The position numbers and the translations under genes are program-made. Of a stretch of 32,000 nt of DNA, positions 17,629 through 27,571 are shown piece by piece (the stretch's first letter is position 1; each line of letters starts with the position of its first letter). The DNA comes from an uncultured Gemmatimonadota bacterium (GTDB lineage Bacteria; GCA-2686955; CAYMWF01). The notes beneath the pieces are model-generated. The model made no database searches and had not been told where the DNA came from. It worked only from the letters and a program-made list of their open reading frames with translations. The stretch is taken from assembly GCA_964394085.1 (NCBI GenBank), contig CAYMWF010000024.1:20749-52748 (forward strand), given 5' to 3'.

Positions 17629-19293
17629 ATGTGTGAAGTGTATCCGGGTCGAAAACGAAAACAGGCGGCTGCTTTCGGCAAAATCGCCGCGGTACTTCTT
17701 TTGCTCTGCGTTTTTACATTTCCGGCTTCATCCGGAGAATATCCTGAATTGAAGCGGGCTTCGGAAATGATGGAAACCGTGTTAAGCATGGAAGGGGATA
17801 TTTTTGCGCCGAATTCGTTCGGGAAAGCGCAGAAATATTATGACAAGGCGAGTTCGGCCGCGGAAAAAGGCAAGGCCAGACAGACTGTCGAAAACGCTGA
17901 AAAATCCCTGGAGCAACTGGAGAACGCGGTCAAGGCTACCGAACTGGCGAAGATCACTTTAGAAACGTACCTGGAGCCGAGGGCAAAAGCGATTGCGGCG
18001 GATGCTCCCGAAATTGTATCGCACGCATTCAATAAGGCGGAGGCGCAGCTGAAGAAAGCAACGGCCAAGCTCGAGTCGGGCGACATGAGGGCGGCCCTGG
18101 ACGAGGCCGCGAAATCAACTCCTTTATACGATTCGTCCGAGTTGTCCGCCATCAAGATTACCGTCATGTCAGAAGCGGATAAGCTCATCCAGGAAGCGAT
18201 CAAGGATGAAGCCGAGAAGTTTGCATTGATTACCCTCAACAAGGCGCGCTCTTCCCGCACCCTTACAAACGCCATCCTCGACAAGGATCGGTACGACAGG
18301 GAAAACGCCGAGAACGAAATCGCCGCAGCCGAGTACGAGGCCCGCCACGCGTCCAATATCGCCCAGACCGTCCGTTCGCTCAACAGGAACGACCAGGACT
18401 GGGAGAAACTGATACTGGTCGAAGAAGACCGTCTCAACAAGGTCGGAAAGCTGTTCGGCGCGGAGCGTCTCAATTTCGAAAAAGGTTCCGAGGCGGCCGT
18501 AGACAGCCTGGTGGCCCTGATCGGCCGGCTCCAGGGCGATAAAGCCGGATTTATAAAAATGAATGCGATCCTCGCTAAAAAGCTCGGTCTTATTTCCGAC
18601 AGGCCGGACGAAACGTCTTACGGAGATCCGGTCGCCCTGGCGGGTGAAATCGATGAAGAAGTCTCCCGTCTTCTGGAAGAAAGAAAAATCCTTGCAGGAT
18701 TTTTCGGGTCGTTTCAGACTTCGCTGGCCCGTCTCGGCCTTGAAATTTCCGGCGACAGCCTGCCCGAACTTTCCAAATCGATAGAAGAAGGTTTGACGTT
18801 CGTTTTTACCCAGATAGACAGTCTGAAAATGTCGTTCGAAAAGATCTCCTCCGAACTGGAAACACGCAAAGAAAGAGAAGACAAATTCTGGACGGCCAAA
18901 ACGATGCTCCGCCCATCTGAAGGTGAAGTCCTCTTCAATACCGCGAACGAGATTGTAGTCAGGCTCCTGGGGCTCTCATTCGACCCCGGCAGGAGCGAAC
19001 TGAAAGACCGGCACGCGCTGCTCCTGAGAAAAGCGGGGGATATTATCAGGATGTTTCCCGGTTCGAATATCAGCGTGGAGGGGCATACCGATTCACGGGG
19101 CGATCGAACCACCAACCTGCGACTTTCCAGGAAGCGGGCGGAAGCTGTGAAGGTATACCTGCAGCAGGGTCTCATGCTGCCGGACGAACGGATATCGGCT
19201 ACCGGCTTCGGCTCGGACAAACCGATTGCCTCGAACAGCACCTCGGAGGGCCGCGCAAGGAACCGGAGGATCGATATAACAATCAAATATTGA
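17629..19293 (+). CDS. Exported coiled-coil protein with C-terminal OmpA-family peptidoglycan-binding domain
   Basis: Annotated ORF 17548..19293; the ATG at 17629 has a better RBS (AAGGAGAAG) and gives signal-like KRKQAAAFGKIAAVLLLLCVFTFPASS. OmpA signature ISVEGHTDSRGDRTTNLRLSRKRAEAVKVYL...RARNRRIDI. Confidence 0.88.
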   Translation: MCEVYPGRKRKQAAAFGKIAAVLLLLCVFTFPASSGEYPELKRASEMMETVLSMEGDIFAPNSFGKAQKYYDKASSAAEKGKARQTVENAEKSLEQLENAVKATELAKITLETYLEPRAKAIAADAPEIVSHAFNKAEAQLKKATAKLESGDMRAALDEAAKSTPLYDSSELSAIKITVMSEADKLIQEAIKDEAEKFALITLNKARSSRTLTNAILDKDRYDRENAENEIAAAEYEARHASNIAQTVRSLNRNDQDWEKLILVEEDRLNKVGKLFGAERLNFEKGSEAAVDSLVALIGRLQGDKAGFIKMNAILAKKLGLISDRPDETSYGDPVALAGEIDEEVSRLLEERKILAGFFGSFQTSLARLGLEISGDSLPELSKSIEEGLTFVFTQIDSLKMSFEKISSELETRKEREDKFWTAKTMLRPSEGEVLFNTANEIVVRLLGLSFDPGRSELKDRHALLLRKAGDIIRMFPGSNISVEGHTDSRGDRTTNLRLSRKRAEAVKVYLQQGLMLPDERISATGFGSDKPIASNSTSEGRARNRRIDITIKY

Positions 19294-19324
19294 CCCGGCC
19301 GCCGGGAACCGCCTGCCGGACCGG

Positions 19325-21160
19325 TCAGGGTGCATCCAGCACCTCGCGCACTTTCCGTAGAAGTTTCTTGATATCGAACGGTTTTTCGATGAGGGCCGTG
19401 TCTTCGTCAAGCACACCTCGATGGGCGATAATGTCATCGGTGTAGCCGGACATGTAAAGGACCCTGATATCCGGCTTTATCGAAACGACCCGCTCGTACA
19501 ATTCCTTCCCGTTCATCTCCGGCATCTCCACATCCGTCAGAAGCAGATGGATCTCCTCAGCATACTTTTTGAACATCCGGTAGGCGTCACTCCCGCTTTC
19601 AGCCTCCAGGACGCGATATCCGTTGTTTTCGAGCATCTTTCTGGTCAAAGTGCGAACCATCTCCTGGTCTTCGGCCAGAAGCACCGTCTCCTTGCCGGGG
19701 ACTACCGTTTTTTTATCGGGTTCGACGATCTCTTCGACTTCTCCCCGAACCCTGGGCAGATAAATCCTGACGCTCGTACCCTCGCCGGGTTCGGAATCGG
19801 CATGGATGAATCCGCCATGCTGCTTTATGATTCCATAAACCGTGGATAATCCCAGGCCGGTTCCCTTACCCATTTCTTTGGTCGTAAAGAACGGTTCGAA
19901 GATGTTGTCGAGTACTTCCTTTTCCATACCGTATCCGTCGTCGCTTACCGCCAGCATCACGAATTCGCCGGGTACGGCACCTATGTGGTTTCTGCAAAAC
20001 TCTTCGTCAATCGAAACGTTCGCGGTTTCGATGGTTAAATTACCGCCGTTCGGCATGGCGTCCCGTGCGTTTATTACCAGGTTGATAAGAATCTGGTCCA
20101 GCTGTCCCGGATCTACCTTGGTCCGCCATAAGTCTTCTGCAGATACGAGGCGTAATTCAATATCTTCCTCGATGAGTCGCAAAAGAATCTTCTGCGATCG
20201 ATTCATCCTCTGGTTGATATCGACTATCCTGGGTTCGATAGTCTGCTTGCGGGAGAAGGCGAGAAGCTGGGATGTCAGTTGAGAGCAGCTTTCCGCCGCC
20301 TTCAGGATTGCTTTCACATCGCGGGCCCTGGGGTCGTCGGGAGCCAGCGATGATTCGATCAGTTCGGAATAGCCCCTGATAGCGGTCAGCATGTTGTTGA
20401 AGTCGTGGGCCACGCCCCCGGCCAGTCGGCCTATCGCCTCCATCTGCTGCGTCTGGCGGAGTTGCGCCTCCAGCCTGGATTTCTCTTTCTCCGCTTTCTT
20501 GCGGTCGGCGTTCTCAGCCAGCAGCCGTTCGTTGGCCGCCGTCAATTCGGCGGTGCGCTCTTTCACCCGCTCTTCCAGCCTGTCGTGAGCATCCTGAAGC
20601 GCTTTCTCCATCCTTTTTCGCGCTTTCTCTTTCCTTTCAGCCAGCAATCTGGCGTGCAGCACCGGTGCTATGGCATCGGCGAGGATTTGACCCAATCGAA
20701 GGTCGTCCCGGGTATAGGCGGTTTTCTTGTTGGCCACCTGAAACAATCCGATAACATCTCCCATGTGGACGATCGGAACCGTAATATTCCTGGTGATGTC
20801 GATATGCCCTTCCGGAACGAGGGCGGAATGTTCATTGGAATAAAGTATTTTCTTTTCCCGTATGGCCCGGGGCCAGATACTGTCGCCCCATGTTTCTCTG
20901 GGAAATACTATATTCTTCTCCGGAATCTGACACCGGTTCCAGATATGACGGGTCATAGAAGGGACTACGAGCGCTCCCTTTTCGTCGATGTAACCGAATA
21001 CTCCGAACTCGCTTGCCATACTTTCCAGAAGAACGGTCAGGACTTCTCCATACATCTCATCGCCGGAGATCGTAAGGAAAATCTTGTCTATCCGATACCG
21101 ATAATTCAGCTCTCGTTCCGAGAAACCCGGTGTCTTCCCGGCGGGTTGTTTATCATACAT
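19325..21160 (-). CDS. GAF-domain hybrid histidine kinase with C-terminal receiver domain
   Basis: 611-aa ORF. GAF-like N-terminus, coiled coil, H-box [20 protein letters not shown], HATPase ([18 protein letters not shown]), receiver [11 protein letters not shown]...[13 protein letters not shown]...IEKPF. Confidence 0.92.
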   Translation of the reverse strand: MYDKQPAGKTPGFSERELNYRYRIDKIFLTISGDEMYGEVLTVLLESMASEFGVFGYIDEKGALVVPSMTRHIWNRCQIPEKNIVFPRETWGDSIWPRAIREKKILYSNEHSALVPEGHIDITRNITVPIVHMGDVIGLFQVANKKTAYTRDDLRLGQILADAIAPVLHARLLAERKEKARKRMEKALQDAHDRLEERVKERTAELTAANERLLAENADRKKAEKEKSRLEAQLRQTQQMEAIGRLAGGVAHDFNNMLTAIRGYSELIESSLAPDDPRARDVKAILKAAESCSQLTSQLLAFSRKQTIEPRIVDINQRMNRSQKILLRLIEEDIELRLVSAEDLWRTKVDPGQLDQILINLVINARDAMPNGGNLTIETANVSIDEEFCRNHIGAVPGEFVMLAVSDDGYGMEKEVLDNIFEPFFTTKEMGKGTGLGLSTVYGIIKQHGGFIHADSEPGEGTSVRIYLPRVRGEVEEIVEPDKKTVVPGKETVLLAEDQEMVRTLTRKMLENNGYRVLEAESGSDAYRMFKKYAEEIHLLLTDVEMPEMNGKELYERVVSIKPDIRVLYMSGYTDDIIAHRGVLDEDTALIEKPFDIKKLLRKVREVLDAP

Positions 21161-21517
21161 TTATTTGTATTCCTCGTACGCTCCTCATTCCATCCTCAAT
21201 ATAGATGACGTAATATGATAATAAATTCACACAGGCATAAAAAGAAGAAATATAAGAATTTTCAACCCGGAAAAATAACATAGGAAATACGCAGACTTAA
21301 TACGTGGAAGCAAGGTGGCTGCAATCAGCCGGATAGTTGGACGATTAACAAATATATACGACAGACGACTACGTAGAAAACACGCAGTAAAGTTCTATGT
21401 TGTTATATCAACCCATATTGGATACATTCAGCGCATGTCATTCATTAACAGAACAAGAAACGCTCTGTAAAACCAACCACGTAGAAGCAGCCGAATTCCC
21501 GGTAAGAAGGAATTGTT

Positions 21518-22732
21518 TTGCCGCGACCCGAAAGAAAAACTGAAGTTCTTGAGAGAGTAGGAAAAATAGGGTTCTTATCCTTTGATCTTGAATCGGAAAA
21601 AGTCGAGTGGTCGCCGGGGCTGTATTCTATTTTCGGAATTCCAGGCACCGAGCCTGCGCCGAGCATGCAAAGGTTTTTCGAATATGTTCAACCGGGCGAC
21701 CGCGAATCTATCGAATCGGCTTTTCGAAAAGCTGTTGAAGAATACGTTCCTTTCAGCATCTGGATCTCGGCTAAAAATATGGATGCCGCTAACCTGACCC
21801 TTTCCTGCAAAGGGGATTTTGAAAACGATGAAACAGGCCGTCCGGTCAGTCTCGTCTCCGTGGTTCATGACATGACGGATTACGGAGACAAGATTGCTTC
21901 ACTGGAGGAAACCGAAATAAAATACCGGACGCTGGTCGAGCACTCTCCGGATGCGGTCGCGCTGCACTGTGAAGGGAAAATTGTCTATGTCAATCGCGCC
22001 GGGCTGCTGCTCGCGGGTGTTGATGACGAACGGATGCTGCTGGGGAAGACCATCGAATCATTCATCCCCGAGGATTCAATGGAAGATGTCAGGGAACGCC
22101 GGCGTCAAGTCGAGAGCGGCAATGTCGTCCCGTTCGTCGAAAGGAAGGTGATCAGGCCCGACGGGAAGATTCTGGATATTGAAGCTGCGCAAATTCCATA
22201 CAATTACAGAGGTAAACCTGGCGGACAGGTGGTTATCAGGGACATCAGCGAGAGAAAAAAGATAGAACGGCGGCTGCTGGACAACGAAAAATTGTTGAAG
22301 CGGCAGTACAGGATGCTGGAAGAGAAGAACATCGCACTGAGAGAGCTGATGACCCAGATAGTGCTTGAAAAAGAAAACATGGAAATGCGCGTAAACTCGA
22401 ATGTCGATACGCTGGTTCTCCCGCTGCTGGCAAGACTGAAAGAAAAGGGGTCGCCGGTCACCAAAGATGATCTTTACCTGCTGGAAGAAAATCTGAAAAA
22501 AATCACTGAAGAATTCGGGATGAAGATTTCGGGAAGGATGCTCGGTTTGACGCGTCGCGAGATCGAAATATGTAATCTGATCAGGAGCTCAATGAGCACG
22601 AAGCAGGTAGCCGATTTTCTGAACATTGCACCCAGGACGGTTGAAACCCATCGAAACAACATCCGCAAGAAGTTCGGGATACGCAAAAACGTCGTCAACC
22701 TGACGACATTTCTCAATTCCCTCGATAAATAG
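21518..22732 (+). CDS. PAS-domain protein with LuxR-type C-terminal HTH
   Basis: 404-aa ORF (TTG start, RBS AAGAAGG). PAS-like regions; C-terminal LTRREIEICNLIRSSMSTKQVADFLNIAPRTVETHRNNIRKKFGI. Confidence 0.88.
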   Translation: MPRPERKTEVLERVGKIGFLSFDLESEKVEWSPGLYSIFGIPGTEPAPSMQRFFEYVQPGDRESIESAFRKAVEEYVPFSIWISAKNMDAANLTLSCKGDFENDETGRPVSLVSVVHDMTDYGDKIASLEETEIKYRTLVEHSPDAVALHCEGKIVYVNRAGLLLAGVDDERMLLGKTIESFIPEDSMEDVRERRRQVESGNVVPFVERKVIRPDGKILDIEAAQIPYNYRGKPGGQVVIRDISERKKIERRLLDNEKLLKRQYRMLEEKNIALRELMTQIVLEKENMEMRVNSNVDTLVLPLLARLKEKGSPVTKDDLYLLEENLKKITEEFGMKISGRMLGLTRREIEICNLIRSSMSTKQVADFLNIAPRTVETHRNNIRKKFGIRKNVVNLTTFLNSLDK

Positions 22733-22800
22733 AGCAGTCGCCCCGATTACAGGCTGTACCTCGCCCAATGTTCGATTAATGCCACTTTCTGAATAAGGAA

Positions 22801-22829
22801 TTTACTTTCAAACCGCCGGTTTGTATATT
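22801..22829 (+). promoter_or_regulatory. Promoter with perfect palindromic operator candidate in the spacer
   Basis: TTTACT (22801-22806), 17-nt spacer containing CAAACCG-C-CGGTTTG (22809-22823), TATATT (22824-22829), about 60 nt upstream of the receptor ATG. Confidence 0.5.
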
Positions 22830-22889
22830 GGCTTCGTTGATAGCGTTCTCCCGGAGCGTGAACGATTCCAAATTTATTGCGAGGTCGAA

Positions 22890-25166
22890 ATGAAGATTCT
22901 AGTTATTTTCCATACCGCTCTGTTCCTCTGCTTCTTAACACTTATTCAGGTTGCCGATGCCGGTACGTCCTGCTCGGTATCGGGGGTGGTTACCGACCAG
23001 GGCGGCAATCCCCTCCCTCATTCCGATGTAATCGTCTCGGGAACTTCCCGCGGAGCTTCGGCGGCTCCCGACGGAAGATTTTTCATCCGCGGCCTGGAGC
23101 CGGGCCGGTACGAAATCGCGGCTTCGCGGGTGGGATTCAAGCGGGTGGCGAAACGGATCGATTTGAAGGTCGGCCGGGAAGCGGAGCTGACTTTCGCTCT
23201 CCCCGCCGAACCGTTGCTGCTGGAGGAACTCGTGGTCACCGCGAAGTTCGAGCGGGCCTATCCTTCGCCGCTGCTGGTGGAAAAAAGAGCTCCGGCAACA
23301 TCAATAGTCGATTCCGGCGAGCTGTTGAAGAGTATCCCCGGTGTATCGACCGTAAAGAAGGGGGCGACGGGCCAGGATCCGGTGCTGAGAGGATTCAGGC
23401 AGGACCAGGTCCTCGTTCTTCTCGACGGGGCCGCGAGGACCACCTGCGCATGCCCCAACAGGATGGATCCCCCTACAAGCCATATCCAGGTCGAAGACAT
23501 CGAAAAGATCGAGTTGTTCAAGGGGCCGTTCACCGTGAGATACGGCGAGACGCCGGGCGGTTTGATCAATATCGTCTTAAAGAGACCCGACGTATCGGGC
23601 TCGCTGTTCAAGGGACGTGTAGATTTCGGCTACGAGCCGGACCATGACGGCATCATGGGGCGCTTGTCGGCCACCACGGCGTTCGATGACCGGTTCGCCG
23701 TCTTTCTGGGGGGAGGATACAGGGAGGAAGGCGACTACAGGGACGGAGACGACAACGTGGTCAGAGCGGGGGCGAAAGTCAGTGATTATTCCCTGAAAGG
23801 GAGGTTCGATCCCACGTCGCGGCTGAGGTTCCAGGCGACGCTCAGGAGCTCCGACACGAGGGACGTGCCGTATCCCGCGCTCATGATGGACATGGACAAA
23901 GACATCTTCAAACTCTATTCACTGGATATTTCGTCGCTCCCCCCCGGCGGGCCGGTCGAAAGCCTGGGCGGCACGGTGTACATGACTACGCTCGACCACG
24001 GCATGTCCAACAACGAATCGAAAACCAACTACAGCAAGGTGCACGCCGTCGCGGATATCGAAGCGAGCACTTTCGGAGGCAGGTGCGAGGCCAGGCTCAA
24101 ACCCGCGGCATCCGGCGCTGTCTGGACCGGATTCGATTTTTTATCGATCTGGAAAAATGGAACGAGATTCAAGGATTTCGTATCACCGCAGAAGACGGAC
24201 GCGACCGACAAAATATGGCCCGACGCGACTCAGAACCGTATCGGCCTGTTCGCTGAATCGAGGCTTCCTCTCTCAGAGGATGTTTCGGTGCTCGCCGGCT
24301 TGAGGGCGGGTTGGGCTCTTTACGAAGCAGCGGAGGCCGATTCTTCATTTTTGGCCTATTCGAGCGGCTCCCTCGAGAGCACGAATTTCCTCCCCGCGGG
24401 CGATATCTCGCTGCTGTGGCGGGCAACTCCGGGCTGGGAGATAGGTCTTTCCGCCGGCGCGGGGAGCCGTGCGCCATCGCTGACCGAAAAATATATAAAC
24501 AGGTTCCAGATCGGCCTGGACAGCTACGAATATCTGGGTGACCCGGGAATAGAACCCGAGATAAATTACCAGACCGAGCTCAGCGCCGCTTTCAGCAGGG
24601 AATCTCTCGAGATCGGCTGTTCGGCCTATATCGGTTACCTGTACAATGCCATAACGGGTTTCGTAGACACACTGAGTTCCGATCCCGATCCGGTAGTCGT
24701 GAAAAGATTCGGGAATCTCGACAAGGCGAGACACGCGGGCGGCGAATTATCCGCAGCCTACCGGTTCGATATCGGATATTACATGTCGAGCTCGCTGTCG
24801 TATACGAGGGGAACGAACCTTGTCGATGACGAACCGCTTCCCGAAATGCCTCCGCTGGAAGCAAATGTGGTTCTCGGATACGAACATTGGCGAAAGCGGG
24901 TGAGAATCGAGCTGGACGGGCGGTTCGCGGCCCGGCAGAACAGGGTGTCATCCCTTTACGGCGAAGAAGAAACGCCCGGATTTTCGGTTTTCGGCGGCGA
25001 GATCGAACTGCGCCTGTTGGATCACTTCAGGGTCATCGCCGGTATCGACAACATTTTCGATGAACAGTACTACGAACACTTGAGCAGGCGCGAAAAGATA
25101 GCCGACGGTGAACCGATTCCGGAAGAGGGCAGGAATGTCTATACCAGGATATCATTCTCCTGGTGA
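22890..25166 (+). CDS. TonB-dependent copper receptor, OprC/NosA-like, with N-terminal carboxypeptidase-regulatory-like domain
   Basis: Annotated ORF 22821..25166; the ATG at 22890 gives signal peptide MKILVIFHTALFLCFLTLIQVADA. Plug region has CPNRM (23451-23465) followed by DPPTS, and HGM (23997-24005), matching the CxxxM and HxM Cu-ligand motifs of OprC. Ends in aromatic F-S-W typical of outer membrane barrels. Confidence 0.83.
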   Translation: MKILVIFHTALFLCFLTLIQVADAGTSCSVSGVVTDQGGNPLPHSDVIVSGTSRGASAAPDGRFFIRGLEPGRYEIAASRVGFKRVAKRIDLKVGREAELTFALPAEPLLLEELVVTAKFERAYPSPLLVEKRAPATSIVDSGELLKSIPGVSTVKKGATGQDPVLRGFRQDQVLVLLDGAARTTCACPNRMDPPTSHIQVEDIEKIELFKGPFTVRYGETPGGLINIVLKRPDVSGSLFKGRVDFGYEPDHDGIMGRLSATTAFDDRFAVFLGGGYREEGDYRDGDDNVVRAGAKVSDYSLKGRFDPTSRLRFQATLRSSDTRDVPYPALMMDMDKDIFKLYSLDISSLPPGGPVESLGGTVYMTTLDHGMSNNESKTNYSKVHAVADIEASTFGGRCEARLKPAASGAVWTGFDFLSIWKNGTRFKDFVSPQKTDATDKIWPDATQNRIGLFAESRLPLSEDVSVLAGLRAGWALYEAAEADSSFLAYSSGSLESTNFLPAGDISLLWRATPGWEIGLSAGAGSRAPSLTEKYINRFQIGLDSYEYLGDPGIEPEINYQTELSAAFSRESLEIGCSAYIGYLYNAITGFVDTLSSDPDPVVVKRFGNLDKARHAGGELSAAYRFDIGYYMSSSLSYTRGTNLVDDEPLPEMPPLEANVVLGYEHWRKRVRIELDGRFAARQNRVSSLYGEEETPGFSVFGGEIELRLLDHFRVIAGIDNIFDEQYYEHLSRREKIADGEPIPEEGRNVYTRISFSW

Positions 25167-25223
25167 TGTCCAGCCTGTTTGATCCGAATTGCAATCCTCG
25201 AAAAACCCGGGGGATGAGGCGGC

Positions 25224-26111
25224 ATGGATAATCCGTACAAGGATTCATTGAAAGGGCTCGAGATTCCCGATCCCGTGGAGGCTTTTTTCTCCTGGTGCAG
25301 GGAGCGGGAGCGGATCAGGACCAGGCGCGAGTCGGGAGCACCGCCCCCGTGGACCGAAGATCCTGTTTTTCAAAAAGGGCGGTTTCTGAACGTGTTCAGG
25401 GAGGACGACAGGGGAACCAGAGCCGTTCTCCGGTTCGTCTCGCCTGTCGGAGATCTGGTTTCCCCGTTGATTCACGCGATTTTTTTCGCCCGGTGGTGCA
25501 ATCGCTCCGCCACTCTGGATAAGCTTCACCCGGATCTGCTGTCCGATCCCGAACTCCTGCGAAAAACGCTTCTTCACGAAGTGGGTCAGCCATGGTTTTC
25601 AGACGTTTACCCGGTCGAACCGGTTCGGTGGGATGGCCGGACCTTCGACCGCCTGGAAACCTGCACGCACCTGTTCGGGAAATGTCTCGCTTTTCTGGAG
25701 AGCTCCATACGGGAGTCAGGGGGAAACGTGATTACCGCAACGGACGCGATCAACGAAGAATTCAGGATGGCGAATGATTTTCCGATCTTCATGGCGCTGG
25801 TCGATATTGCCTGGTTCCACCCGGACCTGATCCATCCGGAAAGCCCCGTCCCCACGGGCATCGGAGCCGTTCCTTTCCTGGATCTTCTGCAGCGTCACCT
25901 CGAAACGCCCGATCACCAGGCCGCGGCTGAAAAGATGATGGAGCTCCAGCCGGCTTGCTGGCCGGAAGCGCGCCGGCGGTTCACTCCCCTCGATATCGAA
26001 TATATCTCCTGCGAGTGCCGTAAGTATTTCAGTTATAAAAACGGCACGAAACAGTTCACCGGGAAGAACCTTTTCACTCCCTGCGAAACTTCTTTCTCCC
26101 ATAAAGGGTAA
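25224..26111 (+). CDS. Protein resembling the 5-hmdU DNA kinase helical domain / alpha-glutamyl-putrescinyl-thymine pyrophosphorylase families
   Basis: 295-aa ORF. FFSWCRERERIRTRRESGAPPPWTEDPVFQKGRFLNVFREDDRGTRAVLRFV resembles the family pattern PW(T)xDPixQkxRFtNvyRexDrvT. Confidence 0.65.
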   Translation: MDNPYKDSLKGLEIPDPVEAFFSWCRERERIRTRRESGAPPPWTEDPVFQKGRFLNVFREDDRGTRAVLRFVSPVGDLVSPLIHAIFFARWCNRSATLDKLHPDLLSDPELLRKTLLHEVGQPWFSDVYPVEPVRWDGRTFDRLETCTHLFGKCLAFLESSIRESGGNVITATDAINEEFRMANDFPIFMALVDIAWFHPDLIHPESPVPTGIGAVPFLDLLQRHLETPDHQAAAEKMMELQPACWPEARRRFTPLDIEYISCECRKYFSYKNGTKQFTGKNLFTPCETSFSHKG

Positions 26112-26115
26112 GGCG

Positions 26116-26370
26116 ATGCGCATGTCTGATCAAAAACAGGACGGCCGGGAACGTAACCTGGGTGAGCAGCCGCTCGCGAGGATCATGGATGCGAACGGCC
26201 TGGTCCCCCGCGATCTCGTGACGGCATCGACCGAGCAGATTACCCACAAGATGGTGGCCCGCGCGCGAAAAGGCAGGAGGTTGACACCCAACGTTCAGAA
26301 CAAGATTCTCACCGCTCTGAACAAGGCGAGCGGAAAACGATACACTCTGGATGATATTTTCACATACTGA
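26116..26370 (+). CDS. Small conserved-looking helical protein, possible Xre-like HTH
   Basis: 84-aa ORF 4 nt after the previous stop. LARIMDANGLVPRDLVTASTEQITHKMVARARKGRRLTPNVQNKILTALNKASGKRYTLDDIF has HTH-like spacing. An alternative start at 26122 is possible. Confidence 0.65.
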   Translation: MRMSDQKQDGRERNLGEQPLARIMDANGLVPRDLVTASTEQITHKMVARARKGRRLTPNVQNKILTALNKASGKRYTLDDIFTY

Positions 26371-26481
26371 GCCGGTCCTTCGATCCGGTTCAGGTTTTGA
26401 CCGTCCGAGAACCGGTTCTTTTTCTATCAGGCTCCACTGAGAATCCGGAACACGTTTAAACAGCCGGAGGGGAGGGAAGGT

Positions 26482-27516
26482 TTGCAGAAACCGGGAACGA
26501 CCGAGGATATTTTCAGCCTTCTCGATTCTTCCCTGGCGTCGGTTGCGGTCGGGGCCGCCCTGGAAACCGGGCTTTTCAAGCTGCTTTCGGAAAAATCGCT
26601 GGATGTCGCCGGCGTGGCGGATAACCTCGGTATCCCCTTGAACCGCTGCTCCTACTGGCTGCAGTATCTCGAAAGCCTGGGTTTACTGAGAACGATTTCC
26701 GGCCGCTATTCTCCGACCGCAGTCACGCGGAAGAAGATCCTCGAAACCTACAGTACGGAAACCTGGGCCTATCTCGCCCGCGAAGCCCGCGAAAGGTTCG
26801 GAATGGCGCAGGAGCTGGCCCTGCGGATCATCGAACCGGAAAAGCTTCCGTCTTCACGGGAGCCCGCCCCGCCCGACTACTTCAGACAGATGCTTGAATC
26901 TCCCCGGAAAGCCCGCGAATTCACCCGGATGCTCTGCGAGATCCATGAGCCCCTGGCCGAGGAGGTTGCCCTTCATCTCGATATGGAAGGTGTAAAAACC
27001 CTTCTCGACCTCGGCGGCGGTTCAGGAGTCATCTCTTTTTCGCTGCTGCGCCGCCATCCCGGGTTGACGGCCGCAGTGGCGGATATTCCGAACGTATGCG
27101 CGGCGGGAAGGGAGATTGCAGCCGAAAAAGGTATGGAAGATCGCATCTCCTACCTCGAGCGCGACTTTATCCTCGACGACCTTCCGGGCGGGTTCGACAT
27201 GGTTTTGAAATGCGATGTGGGTCACAATACCGAAACACTGTTCCGGAAATTGAGGAAGACGCTCAACCCGGGAGGCCGCCTGGTGGTGGTCGGCAAGTTC
27301 GCCGTCGCCGAAAAAAGGGCTCACCCCACCCGTATACACTGGGCGTTCCTCAGTTCACTCGAAAGCGAAAAAATGAGCCTTTTGACACCCGCCGATATCC
27401 GGTCCCGCCTGGAAGGCGCAGGTTTTGAATACCTGTCCCTCGATCTGTTGCCGTCGAGAACGGAGGAGCGGTGGTCGGAAGGCTGGGAACTCATCGAAGC
27501 CCGGAAGTATCCGTAG
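26482..27516 (+). CDS. SAM-dependent O-methyltransferase-like protein with N-terminal dimerization/winged-helix domain
   Basis: 344-aa ORF. SAM motif I VKTLLDLGGGSGVISFSLLRRHP, N-terminal ALETGLFKLLSEKSLDVAGVADNLGI. Confidence 0.85.
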   Translation: MQKPGTTEDIFSLLDSSLASVAVGAALETGLFKLLSEKSLDVAGVADNLGIPLNRCSYWLQYLESLGLLRTISGRYSPTAVTRKKILETYSTETWAYLAREARERFGMAQELALRIIEPEKLPSSREPAPPDYFRQMLESPRKAREFTRMLCEIHEPLAEEVALHLDMEGVKTLLDLGGGSGVISFSLLRRHPGLTAAVADIPNVCAAGREIAAEKGMEDRISYLERDFILDDLPGGFDMVLKCDVGHNTETLFRKLRKTLNPGGRLVVVGKFAVAEKRAHPTRIHWAFLSSLESEKMSLLTPADIRSRLEGAGFEYLSLDLLPSRTEERWSEGWELIEARKYP

Positions 27517-27571
27517 AAGCGAATTTCCGACGCGGTCGCCCGCGGCTTCGGTTCAAGAGTCAGGAAGCAGC

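Noticed and set aside
19294-19324. GC-rich TGACCCGGC...GGACCGGTCA near-palindrome between the convergent OmpA-family and kinase genes
   Set aside because: Imperfect pairing, no T-run, and extends into the kinase 3' end; too weak to call a terminator.
22877-23647. 256-aa plus-strand ORF overlapping the receptor gene
   Set aside because: Arg/Gly-rich alternate frame over the signal peptide and plug domain of the TonB receptor.
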